From contig CAXWPH010000015.1 of assembly GCA_963666055.2 (NCBI GenBank), positions 1,920,001 to 1,984,000 on the forward strand: a stretch of 64,000 nt of DNA. Reading direction: 5' to 3'. This document shows positions 19,097 to 31,687 of the stretch, one piece after another. The stretch's first letter is position 1. Every line of letters begins with the position of its first letter. The position numbers were made by a program, and so were the translations under genes. Under the pieces are notes generated by a model. That model saw only the letters and a program-made list of their open reading frames with translations. It had not been told where the DNA came from and did not search any database. This stretch comes from Acidobacteriota bacterium (GTDB lineage Bacteria > Acidobacteriota > UBA890 > WLXD01).

Positions 19097-20486
19097 CGTC
19101 GTCCGGGGCTGCTGTGCGCTGATCGATCCCGCCCAGGACCTTCCAGCGCACGCCGCCATCGAACTCCCACGCATGCGGCAATCGCGCTACCCCGACATCG
19201 CCGATGTCGGAGTTGAGGCGGAACGAGTACAGGCCGCGATGATAGTCGTAAGGATTGCCGTCGCGCCGGTGAATGGCGACGTCGAGGTAGTAGTTGCCCG
19301 CCACCAGGTTTATCGCCGGCATGCGTACCCGAATCGTTCCGGAGCCACGCAGCTCGGTCGGCTGGAACCGCTCGATATCGGTGTTGGTGCCGTAGCAGGA
19401 GACGCCGTTGGCGTTGAAAATACCGATCCCGAAAACGAAGTCCCCGACAGGCTTCTCAGCACGATACGCGATCTCTATGGTCATCGCGTCGCCGGTGGAA
19501 AACACGTGTCCGGCATCGTCGCCGGCATCGAGAAACCGGACTTGCTCGATCTGTACTTCGCCACTGCCCCATCGGCCGGATTCATAGGGGGCCTCCACCG
19601 AGGCATCGGCCTGTTCCGGGATGCCGGCGTCGTCGGCCAGTGGGTTGTCGCCTGGCACGGTCGCGGCGATCCGCTTACGCTCGGCGCGCGTAATCTCGCT
19701 CTCTTCCTGCGCCGCCACCCAATCGAGGTACTGGTCGACCACCCGCACCGGATCGCCGATGGCCGCAACGGTACCGTGGTTGATCCAGGCGGCACGGTCA
19801 CACAGTTGCCGTATCGTCTCCATGCCGTGCGTCACCAACAGAATCGTCTTGCCGCGGCGCTTGAACCCGCCGATCTTGTCAAGGCACTTGTGGACAAACG
19901 CTTCGTCGCCAACCGCCAAGACCTCGTCGATGACGAGAATATCCGGGTCCACGTGGATGGCCACCGAGAAGCCGAGTCGCATGTACATTCCCGACGAGTA
20001 ATTCTTAACCGGCGTGTCGATGAACTCCTCGAGCTCAGCGAACGCGACGATCTCTTCGAAACGCTCCGCGATCTCGCGCCGCGACAGCCCCAGCATGATG
20101 CCGTTGATATAGACGTTCTCGCGTCCCGAGATCTCTGGGTGAAATCCAGCACCGAGCTCGATCAGCGCCGAGATCCTGCCGTCGATCGCGACCCGCCCTT
20201 CGGTGGGCCTGGTGGTGCCGGCGACGATCTTCATGAGAGTGCTCTTACCGGCGCCGTTGGCTCCGATCACGCCGAAAGTCTCGCCGTGAGCGACCTCGAA
20301 GCTGACGCTCTCGAGCGCGGTGAACACCTCGTCCGGCCGCAGGAGCTTGAAGAGGTTGCGGCCCACGAAGGCGCTCTTGAGGGTAAGAAACCTGTGGGAC
20401 TGGGCGATGCGCCGATAGCGTTTGGTAACGTCGACGACACGTATCGCCGGCTCCTTCACTTTGCCGGCAGACGAGACTGGACTCAT
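19089..20486 (-). CDS. wzt: Polysaccharide ABC exporter ATPase with C-terminal carbohydrate-binding (Wzt_C) domain
   Basis: GANGAGKST, YSSGMYMRLGF and DEVLAVGD, followed by an approximately 150-aa beta-rich extension starting at RWGSGEVQI. Confidence 0.92.
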   Translation of the reverse strand: MSPVSSAGKVKEPAIRVVDVTKRYRRIAQSHRFLTLKSAFVGRNLFKLLRPDEVFTALESVSFEVAHGETFGVIGANGAGKSTLMKIVAGTTRPTEGRVAIDGRISALIELGAGFHPEISGRENVYINGIMLGLSRREIAERFEEIVAFAELEEFIDTPVKNYSSGMYMRLGFSVAIHVDPDILVIDEVLAVGDEAFVHKCLDKIGGFKRRGKTILLVTHGMETIRQLCDRAAWINHGTVAAIGDPVRVVDQYLDWVAAQEESEITRAERKRIAATVPGDNPLADDAGIPEQADASVEAPYESGRWGSGEVQIEQVRFLDAGDDAGHVFSTGDAMTIEIAYRAEKPVGDFVFGIGIFNANGVSCYGTNTDIERFQPTELRGSGTIRVRMPAINLVAGNYYLDVAIHRRDGNPYDYHRGLYSFRLNSDIGDVGVARLPHAWEFDGGVRWKVLGGIDQRTAAPDDGG

Positions 20487-20487
20487 C

Positions 20488-21294
20488 TCAGACCTCCTCG
20501 GCAAAGGAGTCGCGCAGTCGGTCGAAGAAATTGTACGCGGCGATGAAGAGGACGGCGGATAACACCGCCGTCAAGCCCAGTCGACGCCAATGAATCATCT
20601 CGCCAGAGAAGATGGCAGTGTGGTAGCCCTCGATGATGTGCGTCATCGGGTTGAGCTGCAGAACGAGCGGTGCCCATCCGCCCGGGTCATTCTGTTCGGC
20701 CAGGGTCAACGGGTAGATCACCGGTGACCCGAAGAACCACAGCGTCAGAATGTTCGCCAATAAGTCACGCACATCACGGTAATGCACGGTCAGCGCCGAA
20801 AGAAACAACGCGAATGCAAGCGTGAACAACATCTGGACCATGAACACCGCTGGGAACCAAAGCGCATGCAGGCTGACGCTCTGCGGTTTGAAGATGAGCC
20901 AGAACACTACGTAGATGGGCAGACCCAGCAGGAAGTTGACAGCGTTCGATAGCACGCTGACCACCGGCAACACCTCGGCCGGGAAAATGATCTTCTTGAT
21001 CAGGCTACCGCCCGTTAGCAGCGAACTGGCGGACTCGGCGAGCGCCCCGGAGAACCACGTCCACGGCAACAGACCACAGAACAGATAGAGTGCGTACGGG
21101 TCGGTTCCCTCTCCACGCATGGGCGTGAGCACATACGTGAACACGAACGTGTACACACCCAGGAGCAGCAGAGGGTTGATGAACGACCACAAGAATCCGA
21201 GCATCGACCCGCGGTACCGGGCTTTCAGCTCGCGGACCACCAGTGTCTGCACCAGTACGCGGTGCTGCCACAGGCGCCCCAATGCATGCCACAT
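20488..21294 (-). CDS. wzm: Polysaccharide ABC exporter permease
   Basis: RELKARYRGSMLGFLWSFINPL, LLPWTWF, FPAEVLP, YRDV and LNPM motifs. Confidence 0.92.
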   Translation of the reverse strand: MWHALGRLWQHRVLVQTLVVRELKARYRGSMLGFLWSFINPLLLLGVYTFVFTYVLTPMRGEGTDPYALYLFCGLLPWTWFSGALAESASSLLTGGSLIKKIIFPAEVLPVVSVLSNAVNFLLGLPIYVVFWLIFKPQSVSLHALWFPAVFMVQMLFTLAFALFLSALTVHYRDVRDLLANILTLWFFGSPVIYPLTLAEQNDPGGWAPLVLQLNPMTHIIEGYHTAIFSGEMIHWRRLGLTAVLSAVLFIAAYNFFDRLRDSFAEEV

Positions 21295-21321
21295 GCGATT
21301 GTGTCCGGTGGGAACGGGGTT

Positions 21322-21347
21322 CTAGCAGGCCGTGGTGGAAGTGTGGC
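21322..21347. repeat. CTAG-ended mini repeat, copy 2
   Basis: CTAGCAGGCCGTGGTGGAAGTGTGGC, intergenic. Confidence 0.75.
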
Positions 21348-21398
21348 CGGAGGGGCGGCACACGACTGGGCACAGCTTGCGCCGTCCGTTGATGGTAG

Positions 21399-22529
21399 CT
21401 ACTCGAGCGCTACCGCAACGCCGCCGCGCATCTCGTACATGCGGTGGAACTTGCGCACGTCGCCGTTGTCGTCGAAATCCGTCGCCCCGGTAACCCCCGG
21501 GTAGGGGTTCATCTCATTCAGGTAAAACCTCAGCTCCTGAGGATCGATCCCGGCTTCCCGAATTGCCAACGCGAGGATGTTCATTGCGTCGTAACCGTGC
21601 GCCGCATACGCGTCGGGTGTCAGTCGGTACTGCGCGTCGAACGCGGCTACGAACTGACGCACGTTCTCGTCGGAGCTCACCGGATCCCACGATGGCAACG
21701 GGAACCGGAGCCCCTCGACGGTGGGCAGATCGGCTTCCTGCAACTCAGCTGGCAAGAAAGCGCCGGTAGCGAACAGGGCGGCGTCGCTGCCTGCGTCGCG
21801 CAGCGCCCGCGCCACCGCGACGGTGTCGGCCGTATACCCGCCAATGTAAATGGCGGGCGGGTCCACGGACTCGATCGATTGCGCGAGCCGCGCATAGTCC
21901 TCGGAGGTGGCCGTAGCCGGATAGCTCTCCTGGGCGATCTCGCGCCCTCCCAGGGTCCGGAACCGCCGGATGAACGAGGTCTTGTGTCCGAGGCCGAACT
22001 CAGTCTGCTGGGCAATTACCGCAGCCTCACGCAAGCCGATCTTGTTGAAGATGTGGTCGGCAGTGTTCAGCGCCTCGAGGTCGTCGCTCGGGTAGTTACG
22101 ATAGATGAAATCGCCCGCATCACTGAGCTTGGGCGCCGAGGACGATGGCGACATGAGAACTACGCTCGCCTCCTGGAACAGCGGCGCGATCGCCAACGTT
22201 ACATCGCTGACATCCGCTCCGATCGCGGCGACGACACCGCTGTCGATGATCTCTCGCGCCACTTGAACGCCGACCACACGATCGCTCTGGACGTCGCGGG
22301 TGATCAACGTGATCGGCTTCTGGCCGCCCTCGAAGATCTGCATGCCGCCAGCGGCGTTGATCTCGCTGACCGCCAGATCGACACCGCGCTGAATCGAGTT
22401 GCCATAGGGTGCGCCCGATCCCGAAAGAGAGAGAATGACGCCGATTTTGACGTCCGGGCTCTCTTCAGCACACGCGACGCTACCGGCGGCTAGCAACACG
22501 ATTGCCGCCGTGATCGAGATACGTTTCAT
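21399..22529 (-). CDS. LivJ/LivK-family (type I) periplasmic binding lipoprotein, orphan
   Basis: Lipobox SVAC, KIGVILSLSG, EINAAGG, AAHGYDA and GVTG.TDFD.NGD. No permease or ATPase genes adjacent. Confidence 0.85.
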   Translation of the reverse strand: MKRISITAAIVLLAAGSVACAEESPDVKIGVILSLSGSGAPYGNSIQRGVDLAVSEINAAGGMQIFEGGQKPITLITRDVQSDRVVGVQVAREIIDSGVVAAIGADVSDVTLAIAPLFQEASVVLMSPSSSAPKLSDAGDFIYRNYPSDDLEALNTADHIFNKIGLREAAVIAQQTEFGLGHKTSFIRRFRTLGGREIAQESYPATATSEDYARLAQSIESVDPPAIYIGGYTADTVAVARALRDAGSDAALFATGAFLPAELQEADLPTVEGLRFPLPSWDPVSSDENVRQFVAAFDAQYRLTPDAYAAHGYDAMNILALAIREAGIDPQELRFYLNEMNPYPGVTGATDFDDNGDVRKFHRMYEMRGGVAVALE

Positions 22530-22545
22530 GCTGGACCTCCTGCGT

Positions 22546-23025
22546 TCAGTCTACCGCCGAGCGCTCGCCAGGTATCGGCATCTCGGTCGTCTCGATGGCG
22601 CTCCGAGTCGGCTTGATACCTCGCGCTTTGGCAACGTGCAACCGGGTAAGCGAGCGCTCGAGAGCGAAGCCTGCACGCCGCGAATCTGTTTCTTCGTCTG
22701 GCGTCGCAAGTCGTGCCTGGGCGCGCTGCACCGCCGCTTCAGCACGCGCGATATCGATTTCCTGTGCCTCCTCAGCGGTCTGCGCCAACACGCTGACGCC
22801 GAGGGGACCGACCTCTGCGAAGCCGCCCGCCACCGCCAACAGACCGTCCTGGCCGGTTGCGGTGACATACCGCAGCTCGCCTACCCCCAGCGCTGTCATG
22901 TACCGGGCGTGGCGTGGAAGGACGCCGAACTCACCGTCGATACCGGGAGCAGTGAGCTCGACGACGTCTTCGTCGACAACCGCACCTTGCGGGGTTACCA
23001 CCTCGAGATGAAAACGCTCAGCCAT
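22546..23025 (-). CDS. atpC: F1 ATP synthase epsilon
   Basis: LEVVTP, GEFGVLPRH and GGFAEV motifs; last gene of the atp run. Confidence 0.95.
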   Translation of the reverse strand: MAERFHLEVVTPQGAVVDEDVVELTAPGIDGEFGVLPRHARYMTALGVGELRYVTATGQDGLLAVAGGFAEVGPLGVSVLAQTAEEAQEIDIARAEAAVQRAQARLATPDEETDSRRAGFALERSLTRLHVAKARGIKPTRSAIETTEMPIPGERSAVD

Positions 23026-23043
23026 CGATTCTAACCCGCAACA

Positions 23044-24513
<1,470 letters not shown>

Positions 24514-25530
24514 TCAGCGGAGCGCTTCCGCGCCGCCGACCACCTCGAGAATCTCGGTGGTGATCGCTTCCTGTCGTAGTTTGTTCATGGTCAGTGTCAA
24601 ATCCGCAATCAACTCTTCGGCGTTCTTGGTGGCATTGTCCATAGCCACCATGCGCGCCGCGTGCTCGGCAGCGGTCGACTCGAGCAGCGCCTGATAGACC
24701 TGCGTCTCGACGAAACGCGGCAGGATCTCCTCGAGAATCGCGCCGACGCTGGGCTCGTAAATGTAGTCGGCGATCTCTACCGGCGGGCCGCCCGTGGCAT
24801 CCGACTCGCGGGCTTCCGCGGTGGCCTCGTCCAAAGCCGAGGCTGCTGCACCGATAGCTCCGAAGCCCTCGGTGACCTCACCGACCGCGCGCGCCGCCGC
24901 ATAGGCGCGCGACGCTTCACGGAAGCTCACAGCATCGGGTGTCTCGAACGGCAGGTCGCGCACCGGCAACAGTTGCTCGACAATCAGCCGCTGCCTGAGC
25001 ACCGACACGAACTCGTTGTAGATCAGATAGACGGCGTCGGTGGCCTTGCGCTCGTATGCCTCGATCAGGTACGCGGCGAGCGCTGCCGCGCGCGTATGGC
25101 TGAGCCTCTTGAGCAGCTCGTCATCTGCCTTCTCAACCTCCCACTCACCGCGACGGAAATGATCCCATCCCTTACCGCCAGCGGTAACGATCGTAACGGC
25201 TCGATCCTGCCAGACATCGAGCGCCCGACGCGAATAGCGCAGCACGTTGTTGTTGAAGCCGCCGCACAGACCACGGTCGGAAGTCACCACCACCACAGTC
25301 ACGTGCTCTTCCGGGCGCTCCACTAGCAGCGGGTGCTCGACGCTGTCGTCGCCTACCTGCGCGAGCCCCCCGAGCACCTCCCACATCTTGTCGCTGTAGG
25401 GGCGTGCCGCCAACATCGCGTCCTGTGCGCGGCGCAGCTTGGCTCCCGATACGAGCTTCATCGCGCGCGTAATCTGGCACATGTTCTTGACCGACCGCAC
25501 CCGGCGGCGGAGCTCGAGCAGTGTCGCCAT
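24514..25530 (-). CDS. atpG: F1 ATP synthase gamma
   Basis: ITRAMKLV, SDRGLCGGFN, EHAARM.AM and RQEAITTEILEV motifs. Confidence 0.96.
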   Translation of the reverse strand: MATLLELRRRVRSVKNMCQITRAMKLVSGAKLRRAQDAMLAARPYSDKMWEVLGGLAQVGDDSVEHPLLVERPEEHVTVVVVTSDRGLCGGFNNNVLRYSRRALDVWQDRAVTIVTAGGKGWDHFRRGEWEVEKADDELLKRLSHTRAAALAAYLIEAYERKATDAVYLIYNEFVSVLRQRLIVEQLLPVRDLPFETPDAVSFREASRAYAAARAVGEVTEGFGAIGAAASALDEATAEARESDATGGPPVEIADYIYEPSVGAILEEILPRFVETQVYQALLESTAAEHAARMVAMDNATKNAEELIADLTLTMNKLRQEAITTEILEVVGGAEALR

Positions 25531-25536
25531 CTTCGC

Positions 25537-27656
<2,120 letters not shown>

Positions 27657-27689
27657 CGCGTCAGGGTTTTTCGGCCGCGCAAGTGCGCG

Positions 27690-28430
27690 TCACGATACCG
27701 TTGCTCCCAGGCTGTCGAGGTGCTCGCGTACCAGCCGCCTTTGGTCCTCGGCGCTAAAGTTGTCCTGCAGAATTCGCTTGGCGATCGAGACTGCCAGATC
27801 GGCAACATGCGCCTGAAGAGCTCGGCGCGACCGCGCTATCTCCGCGTCGAGGTCGCGGCCGGCGGTGGCGCGAATAACCTCGGCGTCAGCGCTGACCTCG
27901 GCGATCAGGCGATCCTGGTCACGCGCCGCGCTCTCCCGGGCCTCGGTCAACAAAGCTGCCGCCTCCTGCTCAACGCGCTCCAAGCGATCCGCCGACTCAG
28001 CCAGTCGCGACCGTGCGGTCTCCTGCTGTTGTTGTGCCAGATCACGGGCCTCGACCAGCTGCTGGAAGCGTGTTCCGAGGACTTCGCGCAGTCCATCGAA
28101 CTCGAAGTTCTCGCGAACGAACGGCGGCGCGACGACGAGCACCCAGTAAAGCAGGATCATCAGCAGCACGAAGTTGGTCCACTTCATCGCGTATTCGAGC
28201 CAGCTAGGTCCGGCGTGCTCGGTGGTTTCCTGCTCCCCGTGTTCTTGAGCGCCCGCGTGTTCCTGATAGACGGCTACTTCGCCAGCGGCAGCGTTGCCCT
28301 CGGCAGGCTGCGACGACGACAGCGGCGCCTGCGCCCCGGCTGCCAACGAAGCGTTGGCGCCGCTGAGCATCACCACGAGGGCCATGCCGGCAACACAGCT
28401 CGAGAGCTTGAGGGTCTTGGCGTTGATCAA
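27690..28430 (-). CDS. atpF: F0 ATP synthase subunit b with N-terminal extension
   Basis: KWTNFVLL TM helix followed by a coiled coil, C-terminal DQRRLV, and operon position. Confidence 0.85.
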   Translation of the reverse strand: MINAKTLKLSSCVAGMALVVMLSGANASLAAGAQAPLSSSQPAEGNAAAGEVAVYQEHAGAQEHGEQETTEHAGPSWLEYAMKWTNFVLLMILLYWVLVVAPPFVRENFEFDGLREVLGTRFQQLVEARDLAQQQQETARSRLAESADRLERVEQEAAALLTEARESAARDQDRLIAEVSADAEVIRATAGRDLDAEIARSRRALQAHVADLAVSIAKRILQDNFSAEDQRRLVREHLDSLGATVS

Positions 28431-28879
28431 CTGTCGGCGCCTCCGCTGCTCACTGGTCGAGCGAGAATCCGGTCGGCGATTTGCTTGGCGAGGTCGCCGG
28501 CATCAGCCTCTAGCTGTCGCCGGGCCTCATTGATCTGCGTGTCGATCTCGGCCTTCGCCTCCTCTACCGTGCGTGCCGCCTCGGCGCGCGCCTCACCCAA
28601 CAGCCGATCGCGTTCGGCGCGCGCCTCTGCTTGGGCGTGCTCACGAATCGCGTAGGCCTCTTTGCGCGCCCTGGAAACACGTTCCTCCACCTGTGCGAGT
28701 CGTTCTTCCTGGATGCGCGCAGCGTTGGCGAAAGCCTCGCTGGCTTCGTCGATCTCAGCCTGTCGCTTCGCGAGGATCGCGGTAAGCGGTCCGAACAGCC
28801 ACCGGTTGGCGATGATCACCATGGCGATGATCGCCGCGGCGACAAGCGCGATGGTGGGCAAGTGCGGGAAATTGTCCAT
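28427..28879 (-). CDS. F0 ATP synthase subunit b'
   Basis: N-terminal TM, LFGPL..IL..R, A/E/R coiled coil, and a terminal IADRILAR. Confidence 0.85.
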   Translation of the reverse strand: MDNFPHLPTIALVAAAIIAMVIIANRWLFGPLTAILAKRQAEIDEASEAFANAARIQEERLAQVEERVSRARKEAYAIREHAQAEARAERDRLLGEARAEAARTVEEAKAEIDTQINEARRQLEADAGDLAKQIADRILARPVSSGGADS

Positions 28880-29019
28880 CGAGGCCTGGGTCTCAGCTGC
28901 CGGTTACCTGCGGCCCTGTCGGCTGCGGGGGGGCGAGGCTTGCAGAGTTCGAGCGAACACGGAACAGGTGAGCCCGGTTGCCAGCGAAAGGCGGCTGAGG
29001 AACAAAATGGCCGCCCGTG

Positions 29020-29397
29020 TCATTCGAGCGTAGCGATCATGCGGCTGAGTTCTCGCGCCACCGAAGAGCGACACGACTCATCGGCGACAGATTCTATCAG
29101 CCGTGTCGAAAGGTCGGCAAACAACCGCGCGATCGCTTCCGTGACGATGGCTTTTACCTCGCCGGTGAAAGCGTCGACCTCTACGGTGAGCTGCGCCTCC
29201 CACTTCGCTCCCACCGCGTCGTCGACCGTCAAGGTCACGACCGTAGCGTCGCTGCGATACTCGTAAAGGTGCGGGCCGCTCAACCCAGAGGCTCCGACCT
29301 CGAGTTGGTAGCCGCGGCGCTCGAGGGCCGCCGCGAACGAGTCGCGAATCAGGTCGACGAAGCTCTCGCGGCCGAGGTAGGAGCACGCCGTCAGCAT
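29020..29397 (-). CDS. Hypothetical protein
   Basis: Natural-looking globular composition (DLIRDSFAAALERRGY...). ATG at 29397 overlaps the upstream TGA (TGATG). The start is uncertain. Confidence 0.55.
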   Translation of the reverse strand: MLTACSYLGRESFVDLIRDSFAAALERRGYQLEVGASGLSGPHLYEYRSDATVVTLTVDDAVGAKWEAQLTVEVDAFTGEVKAIVTEAIARLFADLSTRLIESVADESCRSSVARELSRMIATLE

Positions 29398-29642
29398 CAG
29401 AGCAGATACAGCACCAAGTAGATCACCGACCCCCGAACCACGGCGCTCGTCGACCGTGTTCTCGCCAGCAGGTCCACGGGCCATCGCAGCCCGCGCGCCC
29501 CGAGAACAGCCCTTGTAGCACAAACTGCGCGCCGTCGATGATCGGGGCGCACACCCGGCTCCCCGGTGCGCCAACAGAATCCGATCGCGACAGGCAGCGT
29601 GGCGCGGTAGATCCAGTCAGAATCGAGATTCACCGAGCCCAT
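29397..29642 (-). pseudogene. Diverged copy of the C-terminal ~80 aa of the adjacent MrpD-like subunit (remnant or mini-gene)
   Basis: SVNLDSDWIYR is identical to 29908-29940 at protein level, but 6 of 11 codons differ. Ends LLARTRSTSAVV...LVLYLL versus ILERTWPTGSMA...LLLYFF. Confidence 0.65.
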
Positions 29643-29651
29643 CGCAGGCGG

Positions 29652-29684
29652 CTAGCAGGCCGTGGTTCAGCACGACGAACGGCC
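29652..29684. repeat. CTAG-ended mini repeat, partial copy
   Basis: CTAGCAGGCCGTGGT matches copies 1 and 2, and a GGCCGT...ACGGCC stem follows. Confidence 0.55.
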
Positions 29685-29688
29685 GGCT

Positions 29689-31380
29689 TCAAAAGAAATA
29701 GAGCAGCAGCAAGATCGCCAGGAGGACGGCAACCCACAATGCCATGCTGCCGGTCGGCCAGGTGCGCTCGAGGATCCCCTCCGGCCCGTGATAACGGTGC
29801 ACCGTCTGCAACGTGATGGTAATGCGTCGCCCCGCTCTCTCCAGCACTCCGTTCCAGAGGCGAGCGCCGGCGCGCACGACGGGCGCCAGCGTGCTCGGCA
29901 CGAGGCGCCGGTAGATCCAGTCACTGTCTAGGTTGACCGATCTCAACTCCGGTGGATACAGCCCGACCCAGTTTAGCCAAGCGAAGGCGACGGCGGACCA
30001 GAACAGAAGCTGGAGCTGCGTGATCACATGCGTCGCCGTGTACGGTTCGTAGTCAACCGGGAATGGCAGAACCCCGTAGAGGAGCGCCGGGAAAGCACCG
30101 ATTCCGATGCATAGCGAAGCGGCTAGCCCCATGGCGATCAGCATGTTGCGCGGCGCCTCTCTGCAGCGGATTCCCGAGTCATGTGCGAAGAAGGCGAAAT
30201 AGGGAATCTTGATACCGGAGTGGTGAAAGACGCCCGCCGACGCGAACAGCAACACGAAGTAGACGAATGTGTAGTGATTCTCGGCGGTCGCGGAAATGAT
30301 CAATGACTTGGTGGCGAAGCCGCTGAAGAGCGGAAACGCGGAGATCGAAGCGGCCCCGACCATACAGAAGCCGGTCGTCCACGGCATCGATTTGTAGAGT
30401 CCGCCGAGCTCGGAACCCTTCATCGTGCCGGTGCGTAGCAGCACCGCCCCCATCGACATGAAAAGCACACCCTTGAAGAGAATGTCGGCGAACGCGTGGG
30501 CGGCAGCGCCGTTGAGGGCCATCTCGGTACCGATGCCGATCCCAACGACCATGAAACCCAGCTGGTTGTTCATGCTGTAGGTCAGCACCCGACGGAGGTC
30601 GTTGACAATCACGGCGAAGAAGATCGGAAAGGCGGTCATCGTGACGCCGATCCAGACCAGCAGCTCGGTTCCGGGGTAGCCTCGCGCGAGGGCGTAGATT
30701 GCCATCTTGGTGGTGAAGGCGCTCAGAAACACCGTCCCGGTCACGGTGGCTTCCGGATAGGCGTCCTCGAGCCAGTTGTGCAGCAGCGGGAAGGCACACT
30801 TGATGCCGAAGGCGATGAAAATGAGCCAACCACCCAGGCCACTGAGCCCCAGATAGTCGAACGCCAGCGATCCGGTTTCGTGGACGTGTGCCAGAGCCCC
30901 AGCGAGCAGCAGCACGCCGGACGTTATTTGGAAGATCAAATAGCGCATGCCAGCCCGATACGAGCGCTCGCTGCGGCGTGCCCAGATCAAGAAGACGGAG
31001 GAGATCGCGGCCAGCTCCCAGTAAACGAAAAGCGTGATCAAGTCGCCCGCGAAAACCGCGCCGATGGCGCTGCCGGCGTATATGAATGCGGCGACGTGTT
31101 GGCCGGTGTCCTTGACCCGCAGGGCGAAGATCATGCCGAGGAACGCGGCGATGTGGAAGATGTAGCCGAACACGAGGCTCAGCCGGTCGACGCGGACGGG
31201 CGTCAGCGAGTAGTCGAAGACGGAGAGCTGCAGCAGGTCCCCGTGCGACATCACCAGCAACTGGAGGAAACCCAGCAGCGGCAGAAGGAGCATATAGGCC
31301 GCCCGAACGCGCCCGCGCACAAGCGGGATCAGCAACCCTCCGAAGATCAGGAGCCAGCCGGGCGGGAGGCTATCGATCAT
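29689..31380 (-). CDS. mrpD: Mrp Na+/H+ antiporter subunit D-like (third copy, with NuoL/MrpA-like C-terminal tail)
   Basis: WEL, AFPLLHNWL.DAYPEA, FTTK, YS..NQLG, HAF..ILFK and SAFPLFSGF.TK motifs. Start at MIDSLPPG. Confidence 0.85.
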   Translation of the reverse strand: MIDSLPPGWLLIFGGLLIPLVRGRVRAAYMLLLPLLGFLQLLVMSHGDLLQLSVFDYSLTPVRVDRLSLVFGYIFHIAAFLGMIFALRVKDTGQHVAAFIYAGSAIGAVFAGDLITLFVYWELAAISSVFLIWARRSERSYRAGMRYLIFQITSGVLLLAGALAHVHETGSLAFDYLGLSGLGGWLIFIAFGIKCAFPLLHNWLEDAYPEATVTGTVFLSAFTTKMAIYALARGYPGTELLVWIGVTMTAFPIFFAVIVNDLRRVLTYSMNNQLGFMVVGIGIGTEMALNGAAAHAFADILFKGVLFMSMGAVLLRTGTMKGSELGGLYKSMPWTTGFCMVGAASISAFPLFSGFATKSLIISATAENHYTFVYFVLLFASAGVFHHSGIKIPYFAFFAHDSGIRCREAPRNMLIAMGLAASLCIGIGAFPALLYGVLPFPVDYEPYTATHVITQLQLLFWSAVAFAWLNWVGLYPPELRSVNLDSDWIYRRLVPSTLAPVVRAGARLWNGVLERAGRRITITLQTVHRYHGPEGILERTWPTGSMALWVAVLLAILLLLYFF

Positions 31381-31681
31381 AGTAATCTTCGCCCCGGCCG
31401 ACGATCTTGCGCAGCTGCTTGGCAGCCAGAACCAGGAGCACGCAGGAGACAAATCCGTAGAAGCCGAAAAAGCCAACGACGCGCTCGATTGCATACTCAA
31501 TGTGTTTTTCGTAAAAGAGGTCCGCCGCGACAAGAAGGGCGCAGACAATCCAGAGGCCGACGTATATCTTGCGGACGTTTCGCGCCTCGTCGAGCCAGTA
31601 CTTTTTCTCGCCCCGCGCGAACTTCGTCGCAGCGCCGGGCGAGCGCTTCGCGTGGCCGTCGGTGTCGTTGTCGTCTTGCAT
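31370..31681 (-). CDS. Small two-TM membrane protein of the mrp operon
   Basis: Two hydrophobic segments, GFFGFYGFVSC and R.EDYYD C-terminus. Overlaps the start of the next gene. Confidence 0.75.
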   Translation of the reverse strand: MQDDNDTDGHAKRSPGAATKFARGEKKYWLDEARNVRKIYVGLWIVCALLVAADLFYEKHIEYAIERVVGFFGFYGFVSCVLLVLAAKQLRKIVGRGEDYYDR

Positions 31682-31687
31682 AGCTCG

